Shown piece after piece: positions 1 through 9,741 of a stretch of DNA of 64,000 nt. A model generated the notes under the pieces. That model ran no database searches. It was not told the origin of the DNA and worked only from the letters and a program-made list of their open reading frames with translations. A program made the position numbers and the translations under genes. Source of the stretch: Deltaproteobacteria bacterium (GTDB lineage: Bacteria > Myxococcota > Kuafuiibacteriia > Kuafuiibacteriales > Kuafuiibacteriaceae); assembly GCA_040218735.1 (NCBI GenBank), contig JAVJQW010000008.1:384001-448000 (forward strand), written 5' to 3'. Each line of letters starts with the position of its first letter. The stretch's first letter is position 1.

Positions 1-9
1 TCGCAGGCG

Positions 10-366
10 ATGGCCAACGTCTTCGGAGCCCACACGATCATCTATAGCCAGGACGCCGACGCAGACCGCGCCTTCTTCCGCGACGTCCTCGAGTATCCCG
101 CGGCCGACGCCGGGGGCGGCTGGCTGATCTTTGCGCTCCCGCCGGCGGAGGTCGCGGTGCACCCCTCGGAGATCGGCGGGAAACACGAGCTGTATCTCAT
201 GTGTGAGGACGTCGAGGCCTTCGTCGCGGAGATGAAGGAGCGCAACTTCACTTGCACGGAGATCAAGGACGCAGGGTGGGGCCGCATCACGCACGTCACA
301 CTCCCGGGCGGTAGCCCCCTCGGCGTGTACGAGCCGCGCCATGCTTCGCCGCTTCGCAAGGGATGA
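10..366 (+). CDS. VOC/glyoxalase/bleomycin-resistance family protein
   Basis: 118 aa. Shows the VOC-fold pattern: H-x-I-I-Y-S, 'DRAFFRDVL', 'HELYLMCEDVE', 'DAGWGR...LPGG..LGVYEP'. Its stop overlaps the next ATG (ATGA). Confidence 0.85.
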   Translation: MANVFGAHTIIYSQDADADRAFFRDVLEYPAADAGGGWLIFALPPAEVAVHPSEIGGKHELYLMCEDVEAFVAEMKERNFTCTEIKDAGWGRITHVTLPGGSPLGVYEPRHASPLRKG

Positions 367-1112
367 CGATCTTCGGCACCAAACACGACGCGGTCGCGCC
401 TGCTCCCCAGCCGTGGGAGCGGGCGACGGACGCGCTCGCGTCGACGGTCGCGGTCGCGGGGCTCGACCTCGCGATGCCGCTGGACGTCGCAAGGTACAAC
501 GCGGCGGTGCCCGAGCCGTATCGCGTCGACACCTTCGGGCGCGAACATCCGCTCGGAGTGTTGCTCGGGAACACGAAGGCGTTGTGGCCGTGCTTCGTCG
601 AGGCGCTCGAGGACGAGGCGCTCGCGTCGAACGCCGACCCCCTCGACACGTACGTGATGCAGCGGGTCGGCGATGCGCTCTTGGATCTGCCGTACGCAAC
701 GGAGGCGTACTTCGTTCACGAGCCGCCGCCGCGACGGGTGGCGATGCAGCGCCTCGCCGATCTCTCGGGGCTCGCGCCTTTGTCCGAGACGACGCACCTC
801 AACGTGCACCCCGAGTACGGCCCGTGGATCGCGCTGCGGGCGTTGGTGGTGATCGACGTCGACGGTCCCGCGGAGGCGCCGACGCGCGCGGAAGTTTGCG
901 TAGACTGCGCGTCGACGTGTGGCGCGCAGGTCACACGGGCGATCACGAGTGGCGATTGGCGCGATTGGCTCGCGGTGCGGGAGGCCTGCCCCGTCGGGCG
1001 CACGCATCGCTATTCGGACGCGCAGATTCGCTATCACTACGAGAAGAACCGCGATGCGCTCCGCCGATTCGCGGAGACTGGCGTATGGACGAACGACGAA
1101 GGCGGCTGTTAG
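363..1112 (+). CDS. MMACHC/CblC-like cobalamin-processing protein
   Basis: Motifs 'V.RYN', 'LLGNTKALW', 'DPLD.YV', 'AMQRLA..SG', '[13 protein letters not shown]' and 'DWRDW...[11 protein letters not shown]' occur in the same order as in eukaryotic MMACHC, as recalled. Confidence 0.7.
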   Translation: MTIFGTKHDAVAPAPQPWERATDALASTVAVAGLDLAMPLDVARYNAAVPEPYRVDTFGREHPLGVLLGNTKALWPCFVEALEDEALASNADPLDTYVMQRVGDALLDLPYATEAYFVHEPPPRRVAMQRLADLSGLAPLSETTHLNVHPEYGPWIALRALVVIDVDGPAEAPTRAEVCVDCASTCGAQVTRAITSGDWRDWLAVREACPVGRTHRYSDAQIRYHYEKNRDALRRFAETGVWTNDEGGC

Positions 1113-1122
1113 CGCGGGGGGC

Positions 1123-1830
1123 ATGAACAGACTGCTCGCCGTCGCCACCCTCGCGATCGCTCAGACCGGCTGCGCCACGTACTGGCAGGCCTCGGATCTG
1201 GAAGAGAAGGTCGATCGCCTGCTCACCAACACACGCCGCGAAACACTCTCCGAGATCTTCGGGGAGCAGTCGCGGGAGATCTCCGCGAAGATCGAGACGC
1301 TCGACGAGAACCAGAAGGGCAAGCTCGACGACATGGTCGCGGAGTACGAGAAGGGCAACCAGAACATCGACGAGGTGCGCTCCACGATGCTCGCCACGCT
1401 CGGCGGCACGACGCGCGTCGTCTCCGGCTCACGCGGCATCTGGGTACGCGACGCGGACGGCAAGAAGCTCAAGACGATCGGCCGCGACACCAAGCTCGAG
1501 GCCTGCAAACCCGTCCCCGACGAGGAGCTCCCCAGCTCGATCTCCGACAGCAAGTACCTCGCGCGTTATTCGTGGGGCCGCGCGCAGCTCGACGGCGAAG
1601 AGATCTTCTTCCCCTGGGAGCTGACGATGTCGAAGTTCGCGAAGGAGATCGTCGAGAACACCGCCCGCCGCACGGCGCAGGAAGTGTTGCGCATGTCGGG
1701 CAACAAGGGGTGGATGCGCCCCGTGAACATCAAGGTCATCACCGACTCGGGTGAGTCCGTGACCGTCACGCACGACGGCGCGGAGGAGGTGTTCGTGGGC
1801 CCGAGCCAGGACGAGCCGTCCGAGAATTGA
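1123..1830 (+). CDS. hypothetical lipoprotein
   Basis: ATG at 1123, in frame with ORF 919..1830, gives MNRLLAVATLAIAQTG-C (lipobox-like). A coiled-coil-like segment follows, and codon usage is typical. Confidence 0.75.
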   Translation: MNRLLAVATLAIAQTGCATYWQASDLEEKVDRLLTNTRRETLSEIFGEQSREISAKIETLDENQKGKLDDMVAEYEKGNQNIDEVRSTMLATLGGTTRVVSGSRGIWVRDADGKKLKTIGRDTKLEACKPVPDEELPSSISDSKYLARYSWGRAQLDGEEIFFPWELTMSKFAKEIVENTARRTAQEVLRMSGNKGWMRPVNIKVITDSGESVTVTHDGAEEVFVGPSQDEPSEN

Positions 1831-1911
1831 CCAGACGCCGGTCGCACAGGTGACCGGTCCGAAGGCCGTGCCCATGCGTCCCGCGAAGCAGGTCGGCGTC
1901 ATGGCCGTGGT

Positions 1912-4900
1912 CTAACGGAGGCGGTAGCGGACGTGGGCCTCGATGCGCTCCAACGCGGTCCGCGCCGCGTCTTCCGCGAGGACGACACCGGCTTTGCCGC
2001 GGATGAGTACGTGCAGCTCTCCGTCCGGTGAGATCGCGTCCTGCGGGTTCGCGATGATGGCGCTCGCAACGACGCCCGGTGACTCCGCGCTCGCGTCGTT
2101 GGTCGCGAACGGTGTCCAGTGTCCGCTCACGAATCGCCAGTAACTCACGTCCACCCCGGTTGCATCGCCGCTCGGGCCGCTGCTGCCGGCCGAGATGACG
2201 AGCTCGATTTCGTCGATGTTCTCCGTGTCGACGAGTGCGTTGCCCCAATCGAACGTCGCGATGAACCCAGGGTGCACGTCGTTGGCGCGCTCGAGGAGCC
2301 ACGTGTCATCGCGAACGTTGCCCGCCTTTCCGCCGAACACCATGAGTCCGAGGCCGGGCCCCGCGTACGCGAGCGTGTGATACTCCCGGAACGGGGGTCG
2401 CGTCACCGTGTTGACGGAGAGCCACTGCGTTCCGTCCCACTCCCAAATCGTTGCGCCGCCGAACACGACGAGGCGGTTGCGGTCGTGGTCGAGCACCATC
2501 TGTGCTCCAGGCGGAACGATATCGCTCCCCGCCGGCCCCGGGATGGCCGCTGACCAGGTCCTCGACACGCTGTCGTAGACCCGGGTGTCGAGGCCGAGGT
2601 TCTTCTGCCGAACGACGGACCCGTTGCTTCCGAAGATCTGCCGCGCGCCGCCCGCGACGAGGATCTTCTCGGTCACGGGGTCGTAACCCATCATCAACGC
2701 GGAACGCGGACCGGGGCTGGTCGAGGTTGTCACTTCCTCCCACACCCCAGTCGCGGGGTGGAACAGCCAGAACTCTTCGCTGTCGTCCCAGAATAAGTTC
2801 GGTGGAGACGATGGATCGAATATCGATCCCCCGTAGACCGCGACGACGTCCTGCTTCGGATCGTACGTCATCCCGTGGAGCTTTCGTCCCTCCGGACCGC
2901 CGACGGGGTGGTCCGTCCACTCGGTATCGGTACCCAGCGACCACATCACCGGCGGTTGAATCGTAGTGCCGTCGAAGGGCGGCCCCGGACACAGGAACGC
3001 AAACGTATCGCCGCCAAAGAAGTACGCGCGGTCGCGAAGGGTGTCGTACGCAGTCCTGCCGCCCGTCCGCGGGCAGAGGCCCTCCGGCACGGTCGTCGAT
3101 GTCCACGTCTGCTCGGCGAAGTCCCACGAATCCAGTTTGATCTCATACGAAACCGGGGAGAGGTTGAGCGCCTCACCGGTGATCATCAGCAACCCATCTC
3201 GCCCCGGGATGCGCACGGACATGGAGTCAGATCGACCCGTAGGTTGCGTGTCCCGGTCGTTGGGAGCTCGCGTCCACCCTTCGTCGTCGAATCGCCAGTT
3301 GTGCTCGAGGAACGTCCCCGGACGGTCACCCTCCGTGACACGTCCACCGATGAGGCGAACGTCACGCGTCCCCGCCGCGTAGACGAGGCTGTGCCCGTAC
3401 CGCGCCGCAGGCGTCGGGCCGGCCTCTGCCACCCATCGCTGCTGCAAGGGGCTCCAAACCCATACGCCATTCGACGCGATCGGCGCCTCCGGTTCGGTGC
3501 CACAGTCGGTGGTGTCGATTCGGCCACCCACCATCATCATCTGATTTCGCGCGCGGTCGAACGCGAGCGCGGTCGCGCTGATGGGGGGGTCATGTGTGTT
3601 CTGTAGTCGGGTCCAGTCCGTGCCGTCGAAGACCCACGTGTCGCGTGAACCCGTGCAGCGAGCGTGGTGACCACCCACGAGGAACAGGAGGTTCTCGGCG
3701 TCGTTGTACGCCATCGCGACCTCGTAGTCCGCCGGAGGTGAGGTCGTCGGCGTGTGGAGTCGCCAGTCGTTGCCGTCGTAGCTCCACGTCTCGTCGGATG
3801 CCGTGGCGTCATCGAGTCGACCTCCGAAGAGCACGACGGAGCCTCTTTCGCGATCGTAGGCCATCCCGTGTTCGATGCGGGCCATCGGCGCAGTCATCGG
3901 ATCCCGCCTGACCCAGGTGCTCCCGTTCCACTCCCAGGTTTCGTCGACGCCGTAGACCTTGGACCCGAAGATGCCGTCGTCCTCTGTGCCGCCGAAGAGC
4001 ACGGTCCGTCCGCGGCGGGAGTCATACGCCATCGCGGCGTGATATCGCGGCGAGGGGGCGATGCTCTGAGGGGGCAGCAGCGTCCAGGTTCGTCCGTCCG
4101 AAACCCAGGTGTCCTCGAGCAAGACGGGGACGCCAAGGCCGCTGCGAATTCCGCCGAAGACCAGGGTGAGTCCGCGCGCTTCGTCGTAGACCGCGGCGCT
4201 GTCCGCACGGTTCGTCAAGTCGATGGGATCGACCGTCAGCTGAACCCAGTTCTGCACCGCGCGCGAGGCGACGGAGCTCCCGATCTCGATTCTGTCGTAA
4301 TCGACGTCCGGCAGCTCGGCCGAGGCCAAGGCGAGGTGCTCACGCACCGCGCGTACCCGGTCGATACGGTGTGGGTTTCGGCCCGAGTTTCCGGAGCGCT
4401 TTCCACCGAGGCCGGCGCGCCACCGGCCGTCGCGCACACGAACGGAGACGGACGCATTCCCCGCGCGGTCGACGGCGTCGACGAAGAGGTCGGTCGTGTC
4501 CGGCATCGGCAGGACCGTGGCCGAGAACCCGCCGCGTGAATCAACGGGGATGCGTTTGACCTCGCCGGTGGCCGGGTGGAAGACACGCAGCGTCGAGTAC
4601 GGTTCGGCGGCGCCGTCGTCGCCAACGAGCTCGAAGCGCGAGCTGGAGTCGGAGAGATCTCCCCACGGAGCGCGGATGAACACGATGCGCCCGTCGGTCT
4701 CGACGTCGGGGGCTGCGGGGGCTGCGGTGTCGATCGGTAGATCGTTCGGCATCCGCTGAGACGCGACGTTGCCGACGATGTCCTCGAGGCCGACCCGGAT
4801 CTCTGCGACCGCGCTGCTCGTCGAAGTCATCTCGTCGATGGTCAGGCTGAAGGTGTAGGTCCGCTCGTTGGGGTCGTCATCGCTGATGCGGACGAAGGGG

Positions 4901-5823
4901 AGGACCTCGTCGCCGACGTGCGCTTCGACCCGCGGCGGCGACGCGAGCAGTTCGGACACCGAGAACACGAGGGTCGCGGACCCACCGCGACCCAGGGCAC
5001 GAACGTCCGAAGCAGGAAGGTTCGTGTTTCCGGAGCGCACCGACAACACGACGGAAGTCTCCACGACGCGCGGGGCCGTTCGATCCAACGTGACCGACGC
5101 TGTAGCCGTCTTGGATACGATGCCCTGCGCGTTGACGATTCGGCCGTAGACCGTGACCGGGATGTCACACGGCGACGACGAACAGAGCCCATCCTCCAGG
5201 TCGTAGACGACCTCGTAGCGCGGGACGCCACTCGGCGCGTTCGGGGTAAGGGACGAAGCCTTGAACATCGCGCGGCCGACCGTGAACTGGGGATCCTTTG
5301 CGAGGAGGAGCTCGTTCACGTCGTCGTCTTCGATCCGAATGGTCGCGTCCTTGTGATTGATCAAACCGCCACGCGTTCCCAGGATTTCGAGGAAATCCGC
5401 GCGACCGTCCCCGGGGGGGTGATTGAGCCGGAGCCGAACGGGAATCGTCTTGTCGTCGCCCGGTGCGAGGCTGAACGTCTCGGATAGCCCGAAGTACTCG
5501 AGAGGAGAGTTCGAGGGGTGTTCACCCCCGCGAATCTCGGCGACCACGACGCGGTCTTCGCCGTGTCGCACTGCATCGAGCGTGACGGTTGGATTCACCG
5601 TCATGGGTTCGACCGCGCTCGCCAGCACATCGCCGGCCGCGTTTGGATCGCCGCGCTCCTCCACCTGAACGTGAAGCCACAACGCACCAAGCGCCTCAGC
5701 GTCCGGTTCCGGCTCTTCGAACGTGAATTCGACGCGGAATCGTCCCGGAGCCTCGGTGCAGGCGGCGAGAATCCCAGTCGTGAGGAGGAGAATCAGAGAT
5801 CGGCGATAGAGGGTACGCATCAT
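1912..5823 (-). CDS. large lipoprotein with Ig-like domains and Kelch-type beta-propeller repeats
   Basis: 1303 aa. Lipobox ILAA-C, Ig-like 'D.AGN.S' turns, and many 'AMAYD..R....LFGG....DTWEW.G..W' Kelch-like repeats. Confidence 0.85.
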   Translation of the reverse strand: MMRTLYRRSLILLLTTGILAACTEAPGRFRVEFTFEEPEPDAEALGALWLHVQVEERGDPNAAGDVLASAVEPMTVNPTVTLDAVRHGEDRVVVAEIRGGEHPSNSPLEYFGLSETFSLAPGDDKTIPVRLRLNHPPGDGRADFLEILGTRGGLINHKDATIRIEDDDVNELLLAKDPQFTVGRAMFKASSLTPNAPSGVPRYEVVYDLEDGLCSSSPCDIPVTVYGRIVNAQGIVSKTATASVTLDRTAPRVVETSVVLSVRSGNTNLPASDVRALGRGGSATLVFSVSELLASPPRVEAHVGDEVLPFVRISDDDPNERTYTFSLTIDEMTSTSSAVAEIRVGLEDIVGNVASQRMPNDLPIDTAAPAAPDVETDGRIVFIRAPWGDLSDSSSRFELVGDDGAAEPYSTLRVFHPATGEVKRIPVDSRGGFSATVLPMPDTTDLFVDAVDRAGNASVSVRVRDGRWRAGLGGKRSGNSGRNPHRIDRVRAVREHLALASAELPDVDYDRIEIGSSVASRAVQNWVQLTVDPIDLTNRADSAAVYDEARGLTLVFGGIRSGLGVPVLLEDTWVSDGRTWTLLPPQSIAPSPRYHAAMAYDSRRGRTVLFGGTEDDGIFGSKVYGVDETWEWNGSTWVRRDPMTAPMARIEHGMAYDRERGSVVLFGGRLDDATASDETWSYDGNDWRLHTPTTSPPADYEVAMAYNDAENLLFLVGGHHARCTGSRDTWVFDGTDWTRLQNTHDPPISATALAFDRARNQMMMVGGRIDTTDCGTEPEAPIASNGVWVWSPLQQRWVAEAGPTPAARYGHSLVYAAGTRDVRLIGGRVTEGDRPGTFLEHNWRFDDEGWTRAPNDRDTQPTGRSDSMSVRIPGRDGLLMITGEALNLSPVSYEIKLDSWDFAEQTWTSTTVPEGLCPRTGGRTAYDTLRDRAYFFGGDTFAFLCPGPPFDGTTIQPPVMWSLGTDTEWTDHPVGGPEGRKLHGMTYDPKQDVVAVYGGSIFDPSSPPNLFWDDSEEFWLFHPATGVWEEVTTSTSPGPRSALMMGYDPVTEKILVAGGARQIFGSNGSVVRQKNLGLDTRVYDSVSRTWSAAIPGPAGSDIVPPGAQMVLDHDRNRLVVFGGATIWEWDGTQWLSVNTVTRPPFREYHTLAYAGPGLGLMVFGGKAGNVRDDTWLLERANDVHPGFIATFDWGNALVDTENIDEIELVISAGSSGPSGDATGVDVSYWRFVSGHWTPFATNDASAESPGVVASAIIANPQDAISPDGELHVLIRGKAGVVLAEDAARTALERIEAHVRYRLR

Positions 5824-5887
5824 TCATCGACCCCGCACGGGCGAAGCCACGAAAGATGTGTGCCGTCAGATCGGAGTTTCGATCAAC

Positions 5888-7279
5888 TCACTTCGCAGTT
5901 GTCGACGTCGACGAGGTCAGGGTCCTCGCAGCCATCAGCGCTGGGGTCGGTCCCCGCAGGGGCACCGTCGTCAGGGCCTCCAGGTGCTGCGAGGCCGCGG
6001 TCGAGCGTGGGTTCAGCTTCACCGCCAGCTTGGCGAACTTCACGGCGTCCTTTCGGGCGCCGCTCTCCTCGGAGGCGCGGGACGCGAGCAGGACGATCTC
6101 CCCGATGCGTCGTCGTCGCCCGCCGTGGAAGTGCTTCGGGATCTTCTTGGCGGCGGTGAGCAGGAGCCGTCGGGCGTCGGCGTAGCGCTCGGCTTCGAAC
6201 GCGGACTGGCCCTGGTCGAGGGTCTTGCGCGCGACGACGTACGGTTGGCAGCGCGTGCACGGCGTCGGGTGGGCTTCCAGCTCCTGGATCCCGTCGCGGT
6301 AGGTCGCGCCCGGGCGGGACGTCATCAGGCAGCCGAGGGGGTGGTCGAAGACGTCCGGGATGCCGAAGATCGCGTGGGCGACCTCGTGGGCGAGCAGGTA
6401 CGCGCCGAGGATCTTGGCGCGCTCCTCGAACGTCGCCGGCTCACCGCCCAGCTCCGAGAGCGTGGCGACCTGCGTGTCGATCCCGAACGTCGTCGCGAGC
6501 AGCACCTGGCCGCCGAGCGCAGAGCGGTGTCCGCTCGGCATCGCGATGCCGCCGATCTTCGCCTTCCCGAACACCGAGTGCGGGTGCGGCTCCGTCAACA
6601 GGTCCGAGAGGATGAACGTGTTCGTGATGACGACGTCCGAGTCCTCCTGGCGCTCGAGCGCGCACATCCACGCGACGAACGAGCGGTGCTCCGATCGGCC
6701 CGGCTCTACGAGCGGTGTGCCCTTCGGGGTCTTCAGCTTCGTGAGGTTCGCGACCGTCCCGGTGTAACGCGCGACGTAGTAGTCGTAGACCTCCTCGTAC
6801 GACTTCACGCGGTCCTTGGCGTCGTCCTCGATGAAGCCCTTGAGCGCGTCGAGTGACCATTTCTTCATGAAGCGCAGCGCGCGCTCCTGGTGCGGGCGCA
6901 GCTCGTTCGGACCGCCGCCCTTGTAGCGACCCGCGTAGAGCTTCTTGCACTTCGGGTCGCGCGGGTTGCCGTAGGCGCCGAGGAACCCGTCGACGTCGAA
7001 GCGGTACTTCACCTCGAACTTGGGGGCCGGTGCGTCGAAGCGCCGCGAGAACTCCTGGCGCGCGTACTCCAGCGAGCGGTTGACGAGTTTCTCGTCGAGC
7101 GGCGGGAAGTCGGGGTCTTCGACGAGGGCGACCGTGAGCACGACCTCCTCGAGCTTCGGCGCCGCCGTGGCCGAACCGGACCACAGCGTCGCCGCGACCA
7201 GCGTGGCGAACCAACCCCTCCGCACGTGCCTATGACGCGCACGGTGTCGGGAACATTGCCAAGCCATGCGGGCGATCAC
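5888..7279 (-). CDS. secreted zinc metallopeptidase (metzincin/archaemetzincin-like) with C-terminal TPR-like helices
   Basis: HEVAH..FGIPD zinc motif, 'CLM' Met-turn, downstream CxxC and a TPR-like C-terminus ('AVKLNP'). The signal peptide suggests the true start may be the GTG at 7225. Confidence 0.7.
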   Translation of the reverse strand: MIARMAWQCSRHRARHRHVRRGWFATLVAATLWSGSATAAPKLEEVVLTVALVEDPDFPPLDEKLVNRSLEYARQEFSRRFDAPAPKFEVKYRFDVDGFLGAYGNPRDPKCKKLYAGRYKGGGPNELRPHQERALRFMKKWSLDALKGFIEDDAKDRVKSYEEVYDYYVARYTGTVANLTKLKTPKGTPLVEPGRSEHRSFVAWMCALERQEDSDVVITNTFILSDLLTEPHPHSVFGKAKIGGIAMPSGHRSALGGQVLLATTFGIDTQVATLSELGGEPATFEERAKILGAYLLAHEVAHAIFGIPDVFDHPLGCLMTSRPGATYRDGIQELEAHPTPCTRCQPYVVARKTLDQGQSAFEAERYADARRLLLTAAKKIPKHFHGGRRRRIGEIVLLASRASEESGARKDAVKFAKLAVKLNPRSTAASQHLEALTTVPLRGPTPALMAARTLTSSTSTTAK

Positions 7280-7289
7280 GTCGGGCTCA

Positions 7290-7544
7290 TCACGCGGGGC
7301 GGCAGTACCACTCGTCGGAGCGGCAGACGCAGCGGGACCCGGCGCGCCCCGAGGGGCAGTCGAGGCGTTCGATCGTGCACTCCGAGGACGGGGTGATCAC
7401 GTTGGGGCACCGGGGATCCTCGCCGTCCTCCGGGGCGAAGCCCGCGTCGGGGCGCTCGGGGAGATCCAAGGACGGACCGCACCCCGCGAAGGCGAGGGCG
7501 AAGAGGAGCGTGAGGACCCGAAGCACGCGCGAAGTACAACGCAT
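7290..7544 (-). CDS. small Cys-rich lipoprotein
   Basis: Hydrophobic stretch LTLLFALAFAG-C followed by a 6-Cys domain (C..C..C..CxC..WYC). The start was chosen within ORF 7290..7682. Confidence 0.6.
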   Translation of the reverse strand: MRCTSRVLRVLTLLFALAFAGCGPSLDLPERPDAGFAPEDGEDPRCPNVITPSSECTIERLDCPSGRAGSRCVCRSDEWYCRPA

Positions 7545-7590
7545 GTGCTCGGCGGTGGCCACCGATGATCGGCGTGCGATGATGCGAGGA

Positions 7591-8490
7591 ATGCGTTGGC
7601 TTCCGCTGCTCCTGCTCGTCGTCGGGTGCCGTTCGAGCGCCGAGCCCACGCCGAGCGGTCGGCGTGTCCCGATCCTGGTCACCGACGACGGCTACGAGCC
7701 AGCGACGCTCCGAGCCACGCCGAACGAGCGCGTCCAGCTCGTGTTCTCGCGGTACAGCCAGGCGCCGTGCGCCGACCGCGTGGTGATCGGGCACCGGACG
7801 GTCGTGCTCCCCGAGGCGCGCATCGAGCTCGTCGACGTGACGGCGCCGGCGCAGGGCCAGCTCGAGTTCGGGTGCCCGACGAAGCGGCTACTGGGGAAGG
7901 TCGTCGTCGCGAACGAGGTCGACCCTGGCCTCGAGCACCCGCTGATCGCCAAGCCGCTCCCGCTCGACCACGCCGCCTCCCGCCTCGGCGTCGAAGCACC
8001 ACCGTGGCAGGTCGGCGAGTGGAATGGCGCGGCGCCGATGACCCTCGCGTCGCTCCGCGGGCGCGTCGTCGTGGTTCGCTTCTACATGGACGAGTGCCCG
8101 TTCTGTCGTGCGACGCTCCCGGCGCTCGACGCGATGCGCGCTTCGTTCGAGGGCGAGCCGGTGACGTTCGTCGGTCTCTTTCACTCCAAACCTCGCGGGA
8201 CCGAGAGTGACTGGGGGACGGCACTGCGAACCGCGCGGACCTGGGGGGCGCGATTCCCGCTCGGCTACGACCACCACTGGAACACGTTGGCGTCCTGGTA
8301 CGGTGAGGATCTACTCAAGCGATCGCCGACGTCGGTGACGTTCGTGATCGACGCCGAGGGGCGCTTCGCGTTCATTCACCCCGGCCCGGTCTACCACCCG
8401 TCGGAGCACCCGGATCACCGCCGGTGCCAGGAGGACTACGACGCGGTTCGCGCGGCGATCGCCGAGGCCATCGCGGCCGCGAAGCGCTGA
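7591..8490 (+). CDS. lipoprotein: cupredoxin-like domain fused to TlpA/thioredoxin-like domain
   Basis: MRWLPLLLLVVG-C lipobox. The N-domain 'VTDDGYEP...VQLVF.R....C...FGC...G.VVV' is cupredoxin-like. The C-domain 'LASLRGRVVVVRF..CPFC...PTSVTFVIDAEG' is TlpA-like. Confidence 0.75.
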   Translation: MRWLPLLLLVVGCRSSAEPTPSGRRVPILVTDDGYEPATLRATPNERVQLVFSRYSQAPCADRVVIGHRTVVLPEARIELVDVTAPAQGQLEFGCPTKRLLGKVVVANEVDPGLEHPLIAKPLPLDHAASRLGVEAPPWQVGEWNGAAPMTLASLRGRVVVVRFYMDECPFCRATLPALDAMRASFEGEPVTFVGLFHSKPRGTESDWGTALRTARTWGARFPLGYDHHWNTLASWYGEDLLKRSPTSVTFVIDAEGRFAFIHPGPVYHPSEHPDHRRCQEDYDAVRAAIAEAIAAAKR

Positions 8491-8521
8491 TCTGCGGGAG
8501 CCGGCGACCTGAACGGTCGGC

Positions 8522-8752
8522 TCAGCGGAACTGCTTCTTCACCCGCCGGACCTCGAGCGTCTGGCCCGTGAGCTTCAGGCTGCCGACCTTGCCGGTCGAC
8601 CCCATCCGAACCTCCAGCTCGAAGTCCCCGTCGATGGCTTCGCTGCACTCCAGGCACACGATGGTGCCGGGGAGCGCTTCGAGGCGGGCCGCCGGGATCT
8701 CCTGTTCACAGCGCGCGCAGAGCAGGACTTCGGTCGTGTTCTCGTCGGTCAC
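8522..8752 (-). CDS. TraR/DksA C4-type zinc finger protein
   Basis: CARCEQEIPAARLEALPGTIVCLEC signature. GGAGG lies upstream of the GTG at 8752. No DksA coiled coil is present. Confidence 0.8.
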   Translation of the reverse strand: MTDENTTEVLLCARCEQEIPAARLEALPGTIVCLECSEAIDGDFELEVRMGSTGKVGSLKLTGQTLEVRRVKKQFR

Positions 8753-8897
8753 GTTTTGCACCCTCCGCACCCTCGGGGCGAGCCTCGCCGCACGCAGCGC
8801 ACCGTGCGCAGCGTGAGAGACGTTCGATTCCCGGGGGAGCGACTCCGTACTGCGCCCCCCGACTCGATTTGGCAACCCCCGTTGGCGCGTCGCTGGG

Positions 8898-9680
8898 TCA
8901 CGCCCAGACGACGAAGCGTCCGTCCGCGAGCAGGCCCACGAAGGCGGCGTACGTGACGCGGTCGGAGCGCGCCCGTTCGACCTCGTGGTAGCAGCGGCTG
9001 TTCAAGAGGATCAGGTCGCCCTTCTTGGGCGCGATCCGAACGCTGCGCGCGCCTTCCACGAGGGCACGATCGTAGATGTAGCTGCCGCGCGGCACGGTAC
9101 GGTCGTCGTCGTCCTCGTGCCGGCGTTCGTGCACGATGCACGCACCGCCCTCGAAGCTCGTCAGGTAGACGTTCAGCGAGAGTTGGGCGCGCGCGCCGTA
9201 GATCTGCCAGCGTGCGTCGGTGCGTCGGCACGTGTCGGCGTGGAGCCGGATGCCGTCGTTCATGCGGCGCACGATCCCCGAGAAGTACTCGCGCCCGTCG
9301 GCCTCGTGCGCGATCGTGACGTCGGCGCCAGCGTCCTCGCGCATGCGCGCCATCGCCCGTGCGAGCGGATCCACACCGCTGGTCGCGATCACCGCGTCCC
9401 GCTGCTCCCGAGCTTGGACCGCGTCCTCGAAGTACGCATCACGCCGCTTGGAGCTGTAGCCGGCCTGCGCGATTCCCATGCGCTCGAAGGTCTGAAACGC
9501 CGGCTTCTGTGCGTAGCTCTCGAAGGCGCGCTCCGGCAGAGCGCGCATCACCGCGTCGCACTCGGCCGCCGTGAGCAGCGGAAGGTGGACCGCCGGAATC
9601 TCGGCGGCGCACAGGGCTTCGAGCGACGCCCGTGAGAGCGGCTCGGTCTTCGTGGTCCGCCACGACGCCGCGCGCACCAT
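8898..9680 (-). CDS. 2-oxoglutarate/Fe(II)-dependent oxygenase
   Basis: HAD...H facial triad ('LHAD', 'YHEV'), 'SLNVYL..GG', 'GDLILLN' and distal 'RVT'. The start was taken at the ATG at 9680. Confidence 0.75.
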   Translation of the reverse strand: MVRAASWRTTKTEPLSRASLEALCAAEIPAVHLPLLTAAECDAVMRALPERAFESYAQKPAFQTFERMGIAQAGYSSKRRDAYFEDAVQAREQRDAVIATSGVDPLARAMARMREDAGADVTIAHEADGREYFSGIVRRMNDGIRLHADTCRRTDARWQIYGARAQLSLNVYLTSFEGGACIVHERRHEDDDDRTVPRGSYIYDRALVEGARSVRIAPKKGDLILLNSRCYHEVERARSDRVTYAAFVGLLADGRFVVWA

Positions 9681-9741
9681 GCGCGTCTCGTAACATGTCG
9701 ACGCTGAAGCTGCGACTCCGCGATGGCGCCCGAAGCGAATC

